A stretch of DNA of 62,941 nucleotides, filler included, from Octopus bimaculoides (taxonomy: Eukaryota): assembly GCF_001194135.2 (NCBI RefSeq). It is 4 parts of 4 records of this genome, joined end to end, with 100 filler letters (N's around TTAATTAATTAA, not from the genome) between each part and the next. Parts side by side here need not be neighbours in the genome. Positions count along the whole stretch, not along the records: positions 1 to 27,419 come from NC_068986.1; 3 more parts are not named here. One strand, given 5' to 3'. This document shows, piece by piece, positions 12,105-24,016 of this stretch (the first letter of the stretch is position 1; each line of letters begins with the position of its first letter). A program made the translations under genes and the position numbers. The notes under the pieces are model-generated. The model was not told the origin of the DNA. It worked only from the letters and a program-made list of their open reading frames with translations, and did no database searches.

Positions 12105-12730
12105 GGAGGGGGATAGTCGATTATACCGACCTCGGTACTCCACTGGTACATTTTTTTATCGACACTGAAGAATGAAGAGCAAAGTCCATCTCGGCGGTAT
12201 TTGAAATCAGAACTTGAGCCAGAAATAATTGTTTCTAGCATAGGCACAAAGTCTGAAAGTTAGGGAAAGGATCAGTCAATGCCAGTTTCAAATTTTTGCT
12301 CAAAGCCAGCAATTTCGGGGTAGGAAGTAAGTAAGTGACATAAACTCCCATGCTCAACTGGTACTTGTTTTATCGACCTTGAAAGGATGAAATGCAAGGT
12401 CATCATCGACAGAATTTGAACTCAGAACGTAAAGATAAACGAGATGGCGTTACGCATTTTCCTGACGTGCTAAAGATTCTGCCAGCTTGCTGCAATGAAG
12501 GGTGAGCAATCAGTCGATAATACGTGGCTTAATACGTCATCAATACGTGACTTAATACGTCATCAATACGTGACTTAATACGTCATCAATACGTGACTAC
12601 CATTTTATTTTAGAGTGTTTGGAAGGATGAAAGCAAAGTTGATTTCAGTGGGATTTGAACCCAAAACGTAAAGCGCTGAAAGAAATGATGTAAAGCATTC
12701 GTCCGACGTTTTAACGATTCTGCCAGCTTG
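12105..12730 (-). mobile_element. Three consecutive copies of SINE family B (~12105-12240, 12290-12495, 12500-12730)
   Basis: Each carries tggtac..tttatcgac..gaaaggatgaaa..caaag..g..ggaatttgaactcagaacg. The B-box-like gttcaaattcc is on the minus strand. Confidence 0.8.
12519..12598. repeat. Tandem repeat, 3.5 copies of 23 bp (aatacgtgacttaatacgtcatc)
   Basis: Directly visible. It lies inside the tail of a family B SINE. Confidence 0.9.
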
Positions 12731-13108
12731 AACAATAGTTGGAGTAAGTTTACGTAAACTGAAAGAAACTTGTGTTTCTAATACGTGATCAGTAGTGATC
12801 TAATATTTAATCACAGATCTCTAAGTGCAAATGTCACCTTTACAATATTGTTTGCCATTATATACATATTTACGTATTCATTTATTTATTCATCATACAG
12901 CGTGTTGTCTATACACGTGTAAGTTAGGGAACATGTGTGCGTGTATATATATTTGGTATATTCAGAAACGATTCCGCGCTGAGCAAATATGTATGTACAA
13001 AAGAATAGTTTTAGTGATTATTACGTCACACCAGTTGGACAATAACAACTACCACCTTACTCACTTGTATGTATATGTCGCTATTGTGTGTGATACAGGT
13101 ATACAATA

Positions 13109-13157
<49 letters not shown>

Positions 13158-13167
13158 NNNNNNNNNN

Positions 13168-13209
<42 letters not shown>

Positions 13210-14681
13210 GTAACTACCTCTCTATCTGCCGATCCGTTCTCTCTCTATATATGTATATATTCGTACATTATATATCTACATCAAATGTGCTTTAAATATG
13301 TATCTCCCTTCCCTCCTCCTCTCTCTCTATATTTATGCATGTATGTATAAATATGTGTGTGTATGTGCAAATATATATATATATATTCAAATGAACAAAC
13401 GCTCACAGTGTAATGAAATGAATATTTTGAAAAATATATGAATACAGTAAGGTTGGCTGATGATCCTTAAGTACTAACGTACAAAAGGTGAGATCAATTG
13501 ATACTAAGATATCTGCTCTTGCTTTGTGGTTTATACATGGTTGAGCCTTTATTATATTCCTTACATTCACGCGTAAACGGCTCTTTTCCCCAGAAACGGA
13601 AACATTTGGCTGCTATTTCTTGTACGCCCTGCTACCATGTAACTGGTATTTCGGGGCCTTTATTGCAAATAGCTGTTATGTGGTAGCAGGGTGTGCTAGA
13701 AGTAGCAACCAAATCTTTGGAGGTGAGATACATTGAATGCACACAAAAGAAACCCATAGAAAGAAACTATTTTACACCGAGGTTACGAACGGGTCTTTTA
13801 TGAAATATTTACCATATTTTTAAAGTGATTTTCCTTTAAAAATATTTTTCCCATAATAATGTGTCTAATGGAAAGGTTAGAGATTCTTCTTTTTCAGGGT
13901 TAAGTTATTTTCGGAGTATTTTCCCATTATGCATCGTTTTGGGTATTTATACCCCACAAAACTCCGAATATCTCAATAACCACTGGCCCAATTTATGCGA
14001 CACTTGCTTTATTTTGTTTGTATTCATATTTCAAGGGCACTTTACTTGCAAAGTATTTTCCCATTATGCGCCGATTTGGCTGTGTAACATTGCAAGCAAG
14101 CAAGCAAGCAAGCAAGCAAACAAGCAAGATTGAAATTCATTTTTAATGTAATTTAGATATACATATATATCAAATAGCTAAGGCAACAATGGTTCTGCGT
14201 GTACTGGCTGACCCACCGCCTGCATACGACTAGATAGATAAACCGTTTTGCTATATGCAGCATTGCCCACTGTATCTCCTCCTCTTCCTCCTCCTCCTCC
14301 TCCTCCTCCNNNNNNNNNNNNNNNNNNNNNNNNNNNNNNNNNNNNNNNNNNNNNNNNNNNNNNNNNNNNNNNNNNNNNNNNNNNNNNNNNNNNNNNNNNN
14401 NNNNNNNNNNNNNNNNNNNNNNNNNNNNNNNNNNNNNNNNNNNNNNNNNNNNNNNNNNNNNNNNNNNNNNNNNNNNNNNNNNNNNNNNNNNNNNNNNNNN
14501 NNNNNNNNNNNNNNNNNNNNNNNNNNNNNNNNNNNNNNNNNNNNNNNNNNNNNNNNNNNNNNNNNNNNNNNNNNNNNNNNNNNNNNNNNNNNNNNNNNNN
14601 NNNNNNNNNNNNNNNNNNNNNNNNNNNNNNNNNNNNNNNNNNNNNNNNNNNNNNNNNNNNNNNNNNNNNNNNNNNNNNNNN

Positions 14682-14733
<52 letters not shown>

Positions 14734-15669
14734 TATGTGTGTATACATAGATGTATAGTTATATATACATATATAGTTATTACATGTTTATGTATAAATA
14801 TAATAGGAATGTGCATTAACAATAGTAGCTAAATAGAATTGAAAATAAAATGGTAATGAAATCCTTATTCCTTAATCAATGTCCATATCCATTCTGTCCA
14901 TCGATTATCAATGTAAATTACATCTCTGTAGGTTTAATTAAAGCTATTTCATTGTCAACACTACCGTCTCTACAGATACTGGATGCTGCTGCAATCACTT
15001 CTCTTAAGCGACATCTTTGGTTAGTATTTTTAGTAAATGTTTTGTTTCCTTAGAGTAGGCTAATTATTTTGTCATCACAAAATATAGATCTAATTTCGTG
15101 AAGCAGTTTTCAGCCTTTAGAGAATGCATATTAGAGACTATGAGTTTTCAGAAAGAGAGTGTAGTTTTGTTTGGGTGCGTATGAGTCAGCCTATGAAGAC
15201 CTATTTTAGGAGAACGTAAATGAAATACATCCTGTGACATCTTCAGCGACTCTCCATCCTACGTGTCTCCTCCTGTTCTGTACAGTCCATTCTGTCTTTC
15301 TATAGAGTTTCTTTAAAGATTTTCTCCTTGTTTTAGTCATTAGATTGCAGCCATGCCGGGGCACTGCCTTAAAAAAATTTTTAATCGAAGGAATCGACTT
15401 CAGTACTCAAAGGTACACACACACATATTTATAAGCTTACATATAGTGGGCTTCCATGCAGTTTCTGATCGAATTCTCTCACAATGCATGGATCTGTAGC
15501 GAAGTGGGATTGAACCCCAAACCACATGGTTTCAAAGAGAACATCCTAATCACAAAGTCATCCACCCATCCATCCATCCATCCATCCATCCATCCATCCA
15601 TTCATGCATGCATGCATGCATGCATACATACATACATACATACATACATACATACATACATACATACAT

Positions 15670-15731
<62 letters not shown>

Positions 15732-16449
15732 GTGTGTATTTGCATGTGTGTGTTTATGTATTATAGATACCAAAGATGTTATATGGACTATACTTTGAAT
15801 TTGGTGATCAGTTTTTTTTTGCTTACTTTTATGTCGTTCAAGCTGTTTTTTAAAATATGCTTCTCTCTTAATAGAGCTCGTTAGAGATAAGAACGAATCT
15901 ACTTTGAAGAAGAAATTTTTCAGTTGAGAATCGGATTCGTGATATGATTCTTTTAGGAAATAAATTTCATTGTGTTAGTGATTTCATACATCACTCAAAA
16001 TTATTATCTTTAACCCTCACAAATATTGGAAGTGACCGGGGTGATCCTTTTTTGTGTTGAAGCCATTTTTTAACATAAAAAAATTATTTAATCTTAATCA
16101 GTAGTGCTGTAAATTTATACTATATTTTGAACTCCTTATTCTAAGTTCTTTTGGTAAAAAAAAAAAAGTTTCATTCTGTGTTTAAGCTTTAAATTTAAAA
16201 AAAGAGTTCCGTGAAAACATAGACTGACCACTGTGGTCCTGTCAGTAGTGTATTTTATTTTGTAGATAAAAATAATAAATTCGTATCAAGAAACATGTTC
16301 ACGAGTTTTCCTGAGTGTTCCAGAACTTCTTTGACACAGTTGACTAGCTGATTAGATACTATTTGGTGAAACGAGCCACACGAAGAAAACTAATGGCAAT
16401 GTTTTTCAGCCTAATTAATACAGCAACATACAATGTGTCTTTTGTTATA

Positions 16450-17363
16450 TTGGGTCATTCCATAAATAATGCGGGTTTTTTTAATACTTCTTTTATTTTT
16501 AAAAATTAAGATAAACAAAGTTTTTTTTAAATCTAAAATATACTCTCCTTCATTTTCTACAATGTTCTTCCATCTGTCTGGTAGACTTGCAAAGCCCCTC
16601 TTCCAAAATTCACTTGTCCGTATTGGAAAACACTCCTCCAGAACTGTTCTGACCTCGTCTACAGAATTCAATTTTTTCTGGTTAAATGATTTTGAAGACT
16701 GCGGAATAAATGATACTCAGATGGGGCAATGTCCGGCGAATATGGTGGGTGGGGCATCGTTTCCCATTCAAACTGATCCAGCCTTTGGAATGTCAGCCTC
16801 GCTGTATGTGGCCGAGCATTATCCTGATGGAAGAATACCCTTCGTTTTGAAAGCAAAGATAGTCGTTTTTCTTCTAGCGATGAATGGTTAAATGACCAAG
16901 TCCAAGTTTCTCTGCTAGGTCTTCAACAGTTACGATGGGATTTTGTTCCACCAGGGTTTGCAGGACGTCCTCACCGCCCTCTACAGGTCTTCCAGGACGA
17001 GGATCGTTTTCTAGGCTGTAGTTTTCGGCTCGGAATTTCTGGAACCACCGTGACACTGGCTTACACTTAATGTCCTTTCCCTATATACTGCATTAATATC
17101 CCTCGCACTTTCCGTTGCGTTGTTGCCTTTATTGAACTCACAAAGCAAAATATGCCAAATATGCTCCTTTGTCACTTCCATTATAGCCTTAAAAAATAAC
17201 TGTTAAAATCGAACTGCACTTTTCAAAACTTGCACTAAGAATAAGTACAAAGTAAAATTACTACCTGCTTTTATAGCAAGTTGATGCAGGTAGTTTATCC
17301 CGTCCACCTCCGACTTTTAGTTCATGCAGTTGAAAAGACCGCATTATTTATGGGATGACCCAA
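16450..17363 (-). mobile_element. Mariner (DD34D-type) transposon, internally deleted
   Basis: TIRs ttgggtcattccataaataatgcgg / ccgcattatttatgggatgacccaa with TA duplications. Fragments RWFQKFR..YSLE.DPRPGRP, FHQDNARPH-x-YSPDIAPSEYHLF (D34E here) and LPDRWKNIVENEGEYI. The WVPHEL region and first catalytic Asp are deleted. Confidence 0.93.
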
Positions 17364-18514
17364 TATATTAAAAAAAACAACACCCACAATTCAAATAAAA
17401 GAACAAACACCAATCTAGACGAGAACTTTTGAAAATGCTGGTTGAAAAGCTCTTTGGTGATGAAGAACCTATGGAAATAATTTCAGTATCCAAAACAGAA
17501 CACCCCCCCCCCAATCCAGGTAACTGACGGGGATTTTGCGGGATTGTCAGGAAAAATGAAATAGACTAGAATTAGCTGTCAAAAATGTTAGATTTTTACA
17601 TGTGAAAGCCACAAAAATTAAACAGCTTTGTGCTTGAACTGTGTAAATCAATTCTTTAATGTTTTATGTATATAATTTTCAATGATAATTTGACTTGTAC
17701 CAGTGTGGTCACCTTCATGTGTTTATGTAACTTTTTTCATGTTTTCTTGGTTTAGTATGTAATAAAAATCTTACCACCATCAACCATAACCATCACTACC
17801 ACTCTCACGACGACCACAACCACAACCGCCGTCTCCATGCCGCTGACTACATCGCCTCCGCTGTCTTCGTAATCGTCGTCGCTCTCCTTCTCCTGTGTCA
17901 TACACTTTCAGCACGTGAAATAAACAGGTCGAAATCTCATTTTTCATGTGCTGCATTTTATATAAAGGGGAAGAGGGATAACATAATTGGTAAGTGGGCA
18001 AGATAAGGAATTTCTGATATCTCGTTATTTTCTCCCTACCTGCCTGGAACCATACCATCGCGAGTATTGCATTATTATTGTGTACTATTGAATCATCTTT
18101 AGGAGCAAAAAATTAGTCAACATAGTTGTTGTTGCTGTTGTTGAAGTTGAGAGGGTTTGGAACATAGTCAAGTAACAGGTACTTTTTTTCAAGGAATTAT
18201 TCCTCAATTTTGACCCGATTGTAATTAAGGTTGCTAATAATATATCTGGATAAATTTTGGTGCTTATCAATCAATATTCTTTTCTCTGTTGTACTTCAAG
18301 TCAATTTTTTACACACTAATGTCTTATTTGATAACTTTTATTTTTTAAAAATGGTGTCTAAACTGAGGCAAAATGAGCCATGACTAATTTCATTAATTTT
18401 TTCTTCTCTTTCACTGCATATCAGGAAGAAAGCTGCTGCGGCAGATCGTGAGGAAACTACAAAAAATATTTCATGTTGAGTTTTTAGATTTAATCGAGTT
18501 TCGTTAATTTCATA

Positions 18515-19141
18515 CGAAGTGGTATTAAAATGTTCCAGAACTAGTTCTGTAGCGCTCCAACAGATGGTAGCATACGCTTGCGTGTTCAGCGAGAGCTAGC
18601 CGTGACTTTCATGAGGCAGTGTGCCGAGTGACATCGCTGTTTACTTCGCAAGTTGTGAAATTTGTGTTTTTATGATCACATGCATGCTGTACTCTGCGAT
18701 TTTGTCATGGACAGGAAGTTGGAACAAAGACCCAACGCGAGACTTTGCGTTAAACTTGGGAAGTCTGCTACAGAGGTATTGAGTATGCTTCGGCAAGCTT
18801 ACGGCAATGAGGCAATGGGTCGCACGCAATGTTTTGAGTGGCACGGGTTCTTCAAAAGCGGAAAAATGTCCATGGAAGATGACGAGCGATCTGGAAAACC
18901 TGACACGAGCGTCACACGCGAAAATGTGGAAAAAATTCCTCAGCTTGTATGTGAAGATCGTTGAAGGACAATCAATGAAATTACTTATGTTGTGGGTCCA
19001 TGCAGGTAATCCTAACGCCTGAATTGAACATGCGGCGTGTCTCTGCCAAGTTTGTCTCCCGCATGCTGATCACTGAGCAGAAAGAACGTCGCGTCGAAAT
19101 CTGTCAAGATCTTCATCAGCGTGCCATTGAAGACCCATCCC
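18515..19141 (+). mobile_element. Mariner-family transposon, 5' part (HTH region), 3'-truncated
   Basis: MDRKLEQR..RLCVKLGKSATEVLSMLRQAYGNEAMGRTQCFEWH..FKSG..S.EDDERSGKP then LNMRRVSAKFVSRML..EQKERRV. TA lies at the left end. Confidence 0.88.
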
Positions 19142-19169
19142 TTATTGGTAGGGAACATTTGTAAAAGTC

Positions 19170-19690
19170 AAAATTACAGTAAATATGACTCATTGCGCAA
19201 CCACCATTTGCTATATTTTAAGCCTCTTTAATTCTTGATATTATCAATCAACGTAATTCTAGGCTTTCATCTTCCTCTCTTCCTATTCATTTATATTCCA
19301 TTAAGCAATCTCTATAAGTCAGTTTTTTTTAATTGTCATAAATATTTTTATTTTTGTATCTTTGATAATATTTAATAAAATTTCCATTGTTTCTTTCTGC
19401 CATTTTTAGGATTTCATTGGTTTTGTGTCTTGTCTTCTGTGTTCTAAAAAGTCTGTTGTATCCTGGCATTTCAAAGGCTTGTAATTTATCTGATAATACT
19501 TTTTTTTAAAATATCCCTATTATAGCTCGACACAGTGGAGCGGCCCATACATAGTAATACATAATGATCTTCTAATTTTGATATTAATATTTCTCATGTT
19601 AGGGTGTTTGACATATTTCTTCAAACGACTTTTTGTCTTAATCCGTCTTTTGATTTTTGTTACATGTTTCCCATTTTCTGATTGTGTGTA
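19170..19690 (-). mobile_element. RTE-clade LINE RT C-terminal fragment, decayed
   Basis: Minus translation KLQAFEM..YNRLFR...HKTNEILKMAERN..LLNIIK...RKRGR*KPRITLIDNIK. Confidence 0.65.
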
Positions 19691-19699
19691 TCAAAACAA

Positions 19700-20060
19700 C
19701 AGAATTATGAAGAAACAGAAGAATTCTATCAAGATACTAAAAATATAATAAAATATTCTAAAGCTAAAGAAACTAGAATTACAATGAATGTGGAAAAACA
19801 CAGATAATATAATTGATAAATATGGATTAAATGAAAGAGATAAAAGAGGTGAATAACTGACACATTTTTGTTAAAGAAACAAACTACTAGACACCGATAC
19901 TTTAGTTTAGCAACCAATAAGAAAATTACTAAGGCGTCGGAGTTCTGGTGATTTTACTACAAATAAAATGGACTATATACTAACAAACCATGGATTTAGA
20001 AACGGTGTGAAACTTGTAGAGACACACCTCGAAGCAGATATCAATTCAAATCTTACAACT
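19700..20060 (+). mobile_element. RTE-clade LINE apurinic endonuclease fragment, decayed
   Basis: EETEEFYQD...IDKYGLNERDKRGE*LTHFC*RNKL...NKMDYILTN..FRNGVK..ET..EADINS. Confidence 0.65.
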
Positions 20061-20089
20061 AAGTGGCAATTAAATTATCGCAGCAGTTT

Positions 20090-20870
20090 CGGCCAGTTAC
20101 ACTCGAGACTGCTCCAATCTAGCCGGCCACAAGAAAATCTAAGCTAAGAGCACTAGATTCCTTGAAAGAAAGCAAGCGAATGTATACGAAACCAAGGACC
20201 AAAGAGAAAAAAACGAGAAATGGTACACAATTACAAATACAAACAACAAGACATTAACAACAGGTGTCTTTCGACTGAAAGAAAAGTCAGGCTTGACTGA
20301 ACACCGGTCACGTGGAAGAAGAGGATAGAGGTAGGAGTAGAGGGATAGAATAATTAGGGAGGGACGAGAAAGAAAGAAAAAAGAAAAGAGTGTGGAAAAA
20401 GAAGAGGGAAAGTGAGAATGAAGGGAAGGCCAAGAAATGTGAGAGAGGGGGAGCAAGAAAAAGAAAAGTGGGAAGAATGAAGTAAGTGTGAAGGGGCTCA
20501 AAGAAAATGTACTTACATATAAAAGACCAAAAGTGTACGTACGCCGCTATATGTATATATAAAAAAGAAAACAAAAAATGGAACAAGAACGTAACAGGCG
20601 ACAACAGAACATCCGGACAGTTAAACGATACAAAAAAAGGACAGGAAAAAAACAAGGAGGGGTCATTTAGAGCTTTCTATTCTCAGTCGAGTTCCAGATT
20701 ATCTCAACAATTTCGGCCGGTTACACTCGAAACTTCTCCAACCTGGCCGGCATCAAGAAAATCCAAGCTAAGAGCACTAGATTCCTTGGAAGAAAGCAAG
20801 CAAATGTATACGAAAACAAAGACGAAAAAGATGGAGAAATGGTACACAATTACAAATACAAACAACAATA
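20090..20870. repeat. Two diverged (~80%) direct copies of a ~165-bp repeat (20090-20250 and 20705-20870)
   Basis: Shared tttcggcc.gttacactcga...aagctaagagcactagattccttg.aagaaagcaagc.aatgtatacgaaa...gaaatggtacacaattacaaatacaaacaac. The minus strand of each holds a very decayed hammerhead-like ggcc...ggcc-GAAA. Confidence 0.8.
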
Positions 20871-21127
20871 TNNNNNNNNNNNNNNNNNNNNNNNNNNNNN
20901 NNNNNNNNNNNNNNNNNNNNNNNNNNNNNNNNNNNNNNNNNNNNNNNNNNNNNNNNNNNNNNNNNNNNNNNNNNNNNNNNNNNNNNNNNNNNNNNNNNNN
21001 NNNNNNNNNNNNNNNNNNNNNNNNNNNNNNNNNNNNNNNNNNNNNNNNNNNNNNNNNNNNNNNNNNNNNNNNNNNNNNNNNNNNNNNNNNNNNNNNNNAT
21101 ATATATATATATATATATATATATAAG

Positions 21128-21502
21128 TATATTTGCCACCTAAATGTGGTTGACCCATATGGGACGATGCTACTGTTGTTTATAGCCCCAGGAAGACATC
21201 TCCTTCAGCTGGCTAACGACACACTGTCTGTGCCCGATCAGTATTTGCGAAGGGAAATCATCGAAGGGAAATCATCGCACCCCAGCTGGTGATTGTCACA
21301 CACTGATGACGGGTTACTCTCCAGAAACCCAGGTCCGTGTGCATCACGTAAGGCTAGAGATGGGAACGATGATTTTCTCTCGCAAATAATGGTCGGACAC
21401 AGACAGTGTGTCGTTAGACAGCTGGAGGTGATGTCTTCCTGGGGCTATAAACAACAGTAGCACCGTCCCATATGCGTCAGCCACTTTTAGGTGGCAAATA
21501 TA
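21128..21502. mobile_element. 375-bp fold-back element with ~136-bp inverted arms (21128-21263 and 21367-21502) around a ~100-bp core
   Basis: tatatttgccacctaaatgtggttgacccatatgggacgatgctactgttgtttatagccccaggaagacatc...tatttgcgaagggaaatcatcg matches the reverse complement of the right arm at roughly 90%. Confidence 0.9.
21289..21347 (+). ncRNA. Near-intact type I hammerhead motif in the core of the fold-back element
   Basis: gtgat-tgt-cacac-a-CTGATGA-cGGG ttactc TCCa-GAAA-CC ca GG-TC-c-gtgtg-c-atcac. GUC triplet and stem I with an internal loop. Two A-C or C-A mismatches (positions 2.1/1.1 and 10.1/11.1) would each be restored by C>T. Confidence 0.6.
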
Positions 21503-23146
21503 TTTCACGATGTCGTGCTACTACTGTTTACATCTCGCTCAGATATTTATTATTGCTATATATATATATATATATATATNNNNNNNNNNNNNNNNNNNNN
21601 NNNNNNNNNNNNNNNNNNNNNNNNNNNNNNNNNNNNNNNNNNNNNNNNNNNNNNNNNNNNNNNNNNNNNNNNNNNNNNNNNNNNNNNNNNNNNNNNNNNN
21701 NNNNNNNNNNNNNNNNNNNNNNNNNNNNNNNNNNNNNNNNNNNNNNNNNNNNNNNNNNNNNNNNNNNNNNNNNNNNNNNNNNNNNNNNNNNNNNNNNNNN
21801 NNNNNNNNNNNNNNNNNNNNNNNNNNNNNNNNNNNNNNNNNNNNNNNNNNNNNNNNNNNNNNNNNNNNNNNNNNNNNNNNNNNNNNNNNNNNNNNNNNNN
21901 NNNNNNNNNNNNNNNNNNNNNNNNNNNNNNNNNNNNNNNNNNNNNNNNNNNNNNNNNNNNNNNNNNNNNNNNNNNNNNNNNNNNNNNNNNNNNNNNNNNN
22001 NNNNNNNNNNNNNNNNNNNNNNNNNNNNNNNNNNNNNNNNNNNNNNNNNNNNNNNNNNNNNNNNNNNNNNNNNNNNNNNNNNNNNNNNNNNNNNNNNNNN
22101 NNNNNNNNNNNNNNNNNNNNNNNNNNNNNNNNNNNNNNNNNNNNNNNNNNNNNNNNNNNNNNNNNNNNNNNNNNNNNNNNNNNNNNNNNNNNNNNNNNNN
22201 NNNNNNNNNNNNNNNNNNNNNNNNNNNNNNNNNNNNNNNNNNNNNNNNNNNNNNNNNNNNNNNNNNNNNNNNNNNNNNNNNNNNNNNNNNNNNNNNNNNN
22301 NNNNNNNNNNNNNNNNNNNNNNNNNNNNNNNNNNNNNNNNNNNNNNNNNNNNNNNNNNNNNNNNNNNNNNNNNNAGAGAGAGAGAGAGTGAGAGTCTGGT
22401 GAAGTTTTAATTCTATAAAAATAATGGCACACGCCTTGGAAAGCCTGTAATTCGAACTCGAAACTTTGTTATATATAACGAGATTCTTTTACACATGACT
22501 CTCAACTTCAACAATAAATGACTCATATCCTGGAAATACATGTAATTAATTTAGTGCATAATATATATATATCAAAGTGACTGTGTTAAAATAGCCGTAA
22601 CCCACCCAGAATTAATTAATAAGTAACCAGAAAAAAATGATGAAAGAAGGTGAGGCTTGCAAAGCAAACATGGTTATATAATAGGACTGACATTTTCTGT
22701 AAGGTTTGTTTTAATTTCAGGATGGAAAAGCAGATAACAAACAAATAGAAATGAAATGTAAAATTCATAAACATCAACCAATTATAATTTGGTGTGGTTA
22801 AAAGCTAACATTTGAAAAAAAAAAAAAAAAAAACTAAATTGATAGTAGCTAAACATGTATATATTAAAAAACAAAGCAAAAACGAAACAATGCTATTTCC
22901 CTTCACAAACATCCCTAAGAAACTTATAAACAATGATATTGCATAAATTAAGTCTCTCTTTTCCCCCTCTCTCCATATATTTCCGTGCTTTTATATCTTG
23001 GTTCTATTTCTATATGTGTGTAATTATGCATGTGTGTTTATGTGTGCATTTATTGAATATATGTATATATACGTACAGATATGCATAATATGTGTGTTTT
23101 TTCATGCACATACACATATACACAAACGCTAGGTTACTCCCACCCA

Positions 23147-23228
<82 letters not shown>

Positions 23229-23424
23229 TTCTCTTGTTCTTTCTGGTACTCTAACACGCATACATGTATATTGGAGGAGTTAAAATAAAATAAAGACGAA
23301 CAATTTTCTGTGTAATCGAAGCTAATTGGTTTGTTAATTATATTGTATTGTGTATTGTTGAGGCGTGCACAAGTTACTTGAATGTGTTCATCTATACACA
23401 TAAACACGCACACANNNNNNNNNN

Positions 23425-23477
<53 letters not shown>

Positions 23478-23737
23478 TATATATATACATATATATGTAC
23501 ATACATATAGTATATGTATATATATATACATATGCATATATATGTGTATAAATATAAACATATGTGTGTGTGTGTGTCTACGAGCATGCACATACATACA
23601 TCCGTCATACATATATATATACAAGGTGGTAGAATATGTCTATATAAACCTAGCTCTGTCTGAGTGTTTCAATCAGTATCGAAACTTCGCAATTCATCGT
23701 CCTTGATCTCACCTACTCTCTAACGAAACCTGCAATC

Positions 23738-24016
23738 ATGTTTCGAGTCATCTCAGTGATTCTCCTGCTAATTGCAACCGTAAAATGTCAAAATTTAACA
23801 GAACTCTGTAATACAAACTCGGGAGAAGTAGGTTTTTACTTCGTAAGAAATCCTGCCAACTGCAGCGAGTTCTTTAGTTGTGTGAATACTTTCCCTCCTA
23901 TAAAACTTTCCTGCGGTAAAGGTACAGTGTTTTCACAAGCTCACCAAGTCTGTGTATTCAAGAACAGCTATTACGATGATTGTGAAAAACAAATTTCTCC
24001 TGGAAAATACAGTTAA
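23738..24016 (+). CDS. Secreted chitin-binding type-2 (peritrophin-A/CBM14) domain protein, 92 aa; possibly the first exon of a longer gene
   Basis: Good Kozak context (gcaatcATG) and hydrophobic signal peptide MFRVISVILLLIATVKC. Six Cys spaced C-x17-C-x5-C-x10-C-x12-C-x9-C with aromatic motifs NCSEFFSC and CGKGTVFS...VC. Confidence 0.88.
   Translation: MFRVISVILLLIATVKCQNLTELCNTNSGEVGFYFVRNPANCSEFFSCVNTFPPIKLSCGKGTVFSQAHQVCVFKNSYYDDCEKQISPGKYS

Noticed and set aside
11088-12340. Solo LTR suggested by TGTGAC start and AATAAA
   Set aside because: The interior translates as L1/Tx1 RT C-terminus and zinc knuckle. No PBS, PPT or matching LTR end.
20507-21292. 261-aa K/N-rich ORF
   Set aside because: Low-complexity purine tract plus a repeat copy plus an N gap.
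22631-22760. Possible micro-exons (ag|aaaaaaatgatgaaagaag|gtgagg and ttcag|gatgg...) upstream of the chitin-binding ORF
   Set aside because: Splice signals are plausible, but all joined frames stop quickly. They could be UTR exons and cannot be supported without transcripts.
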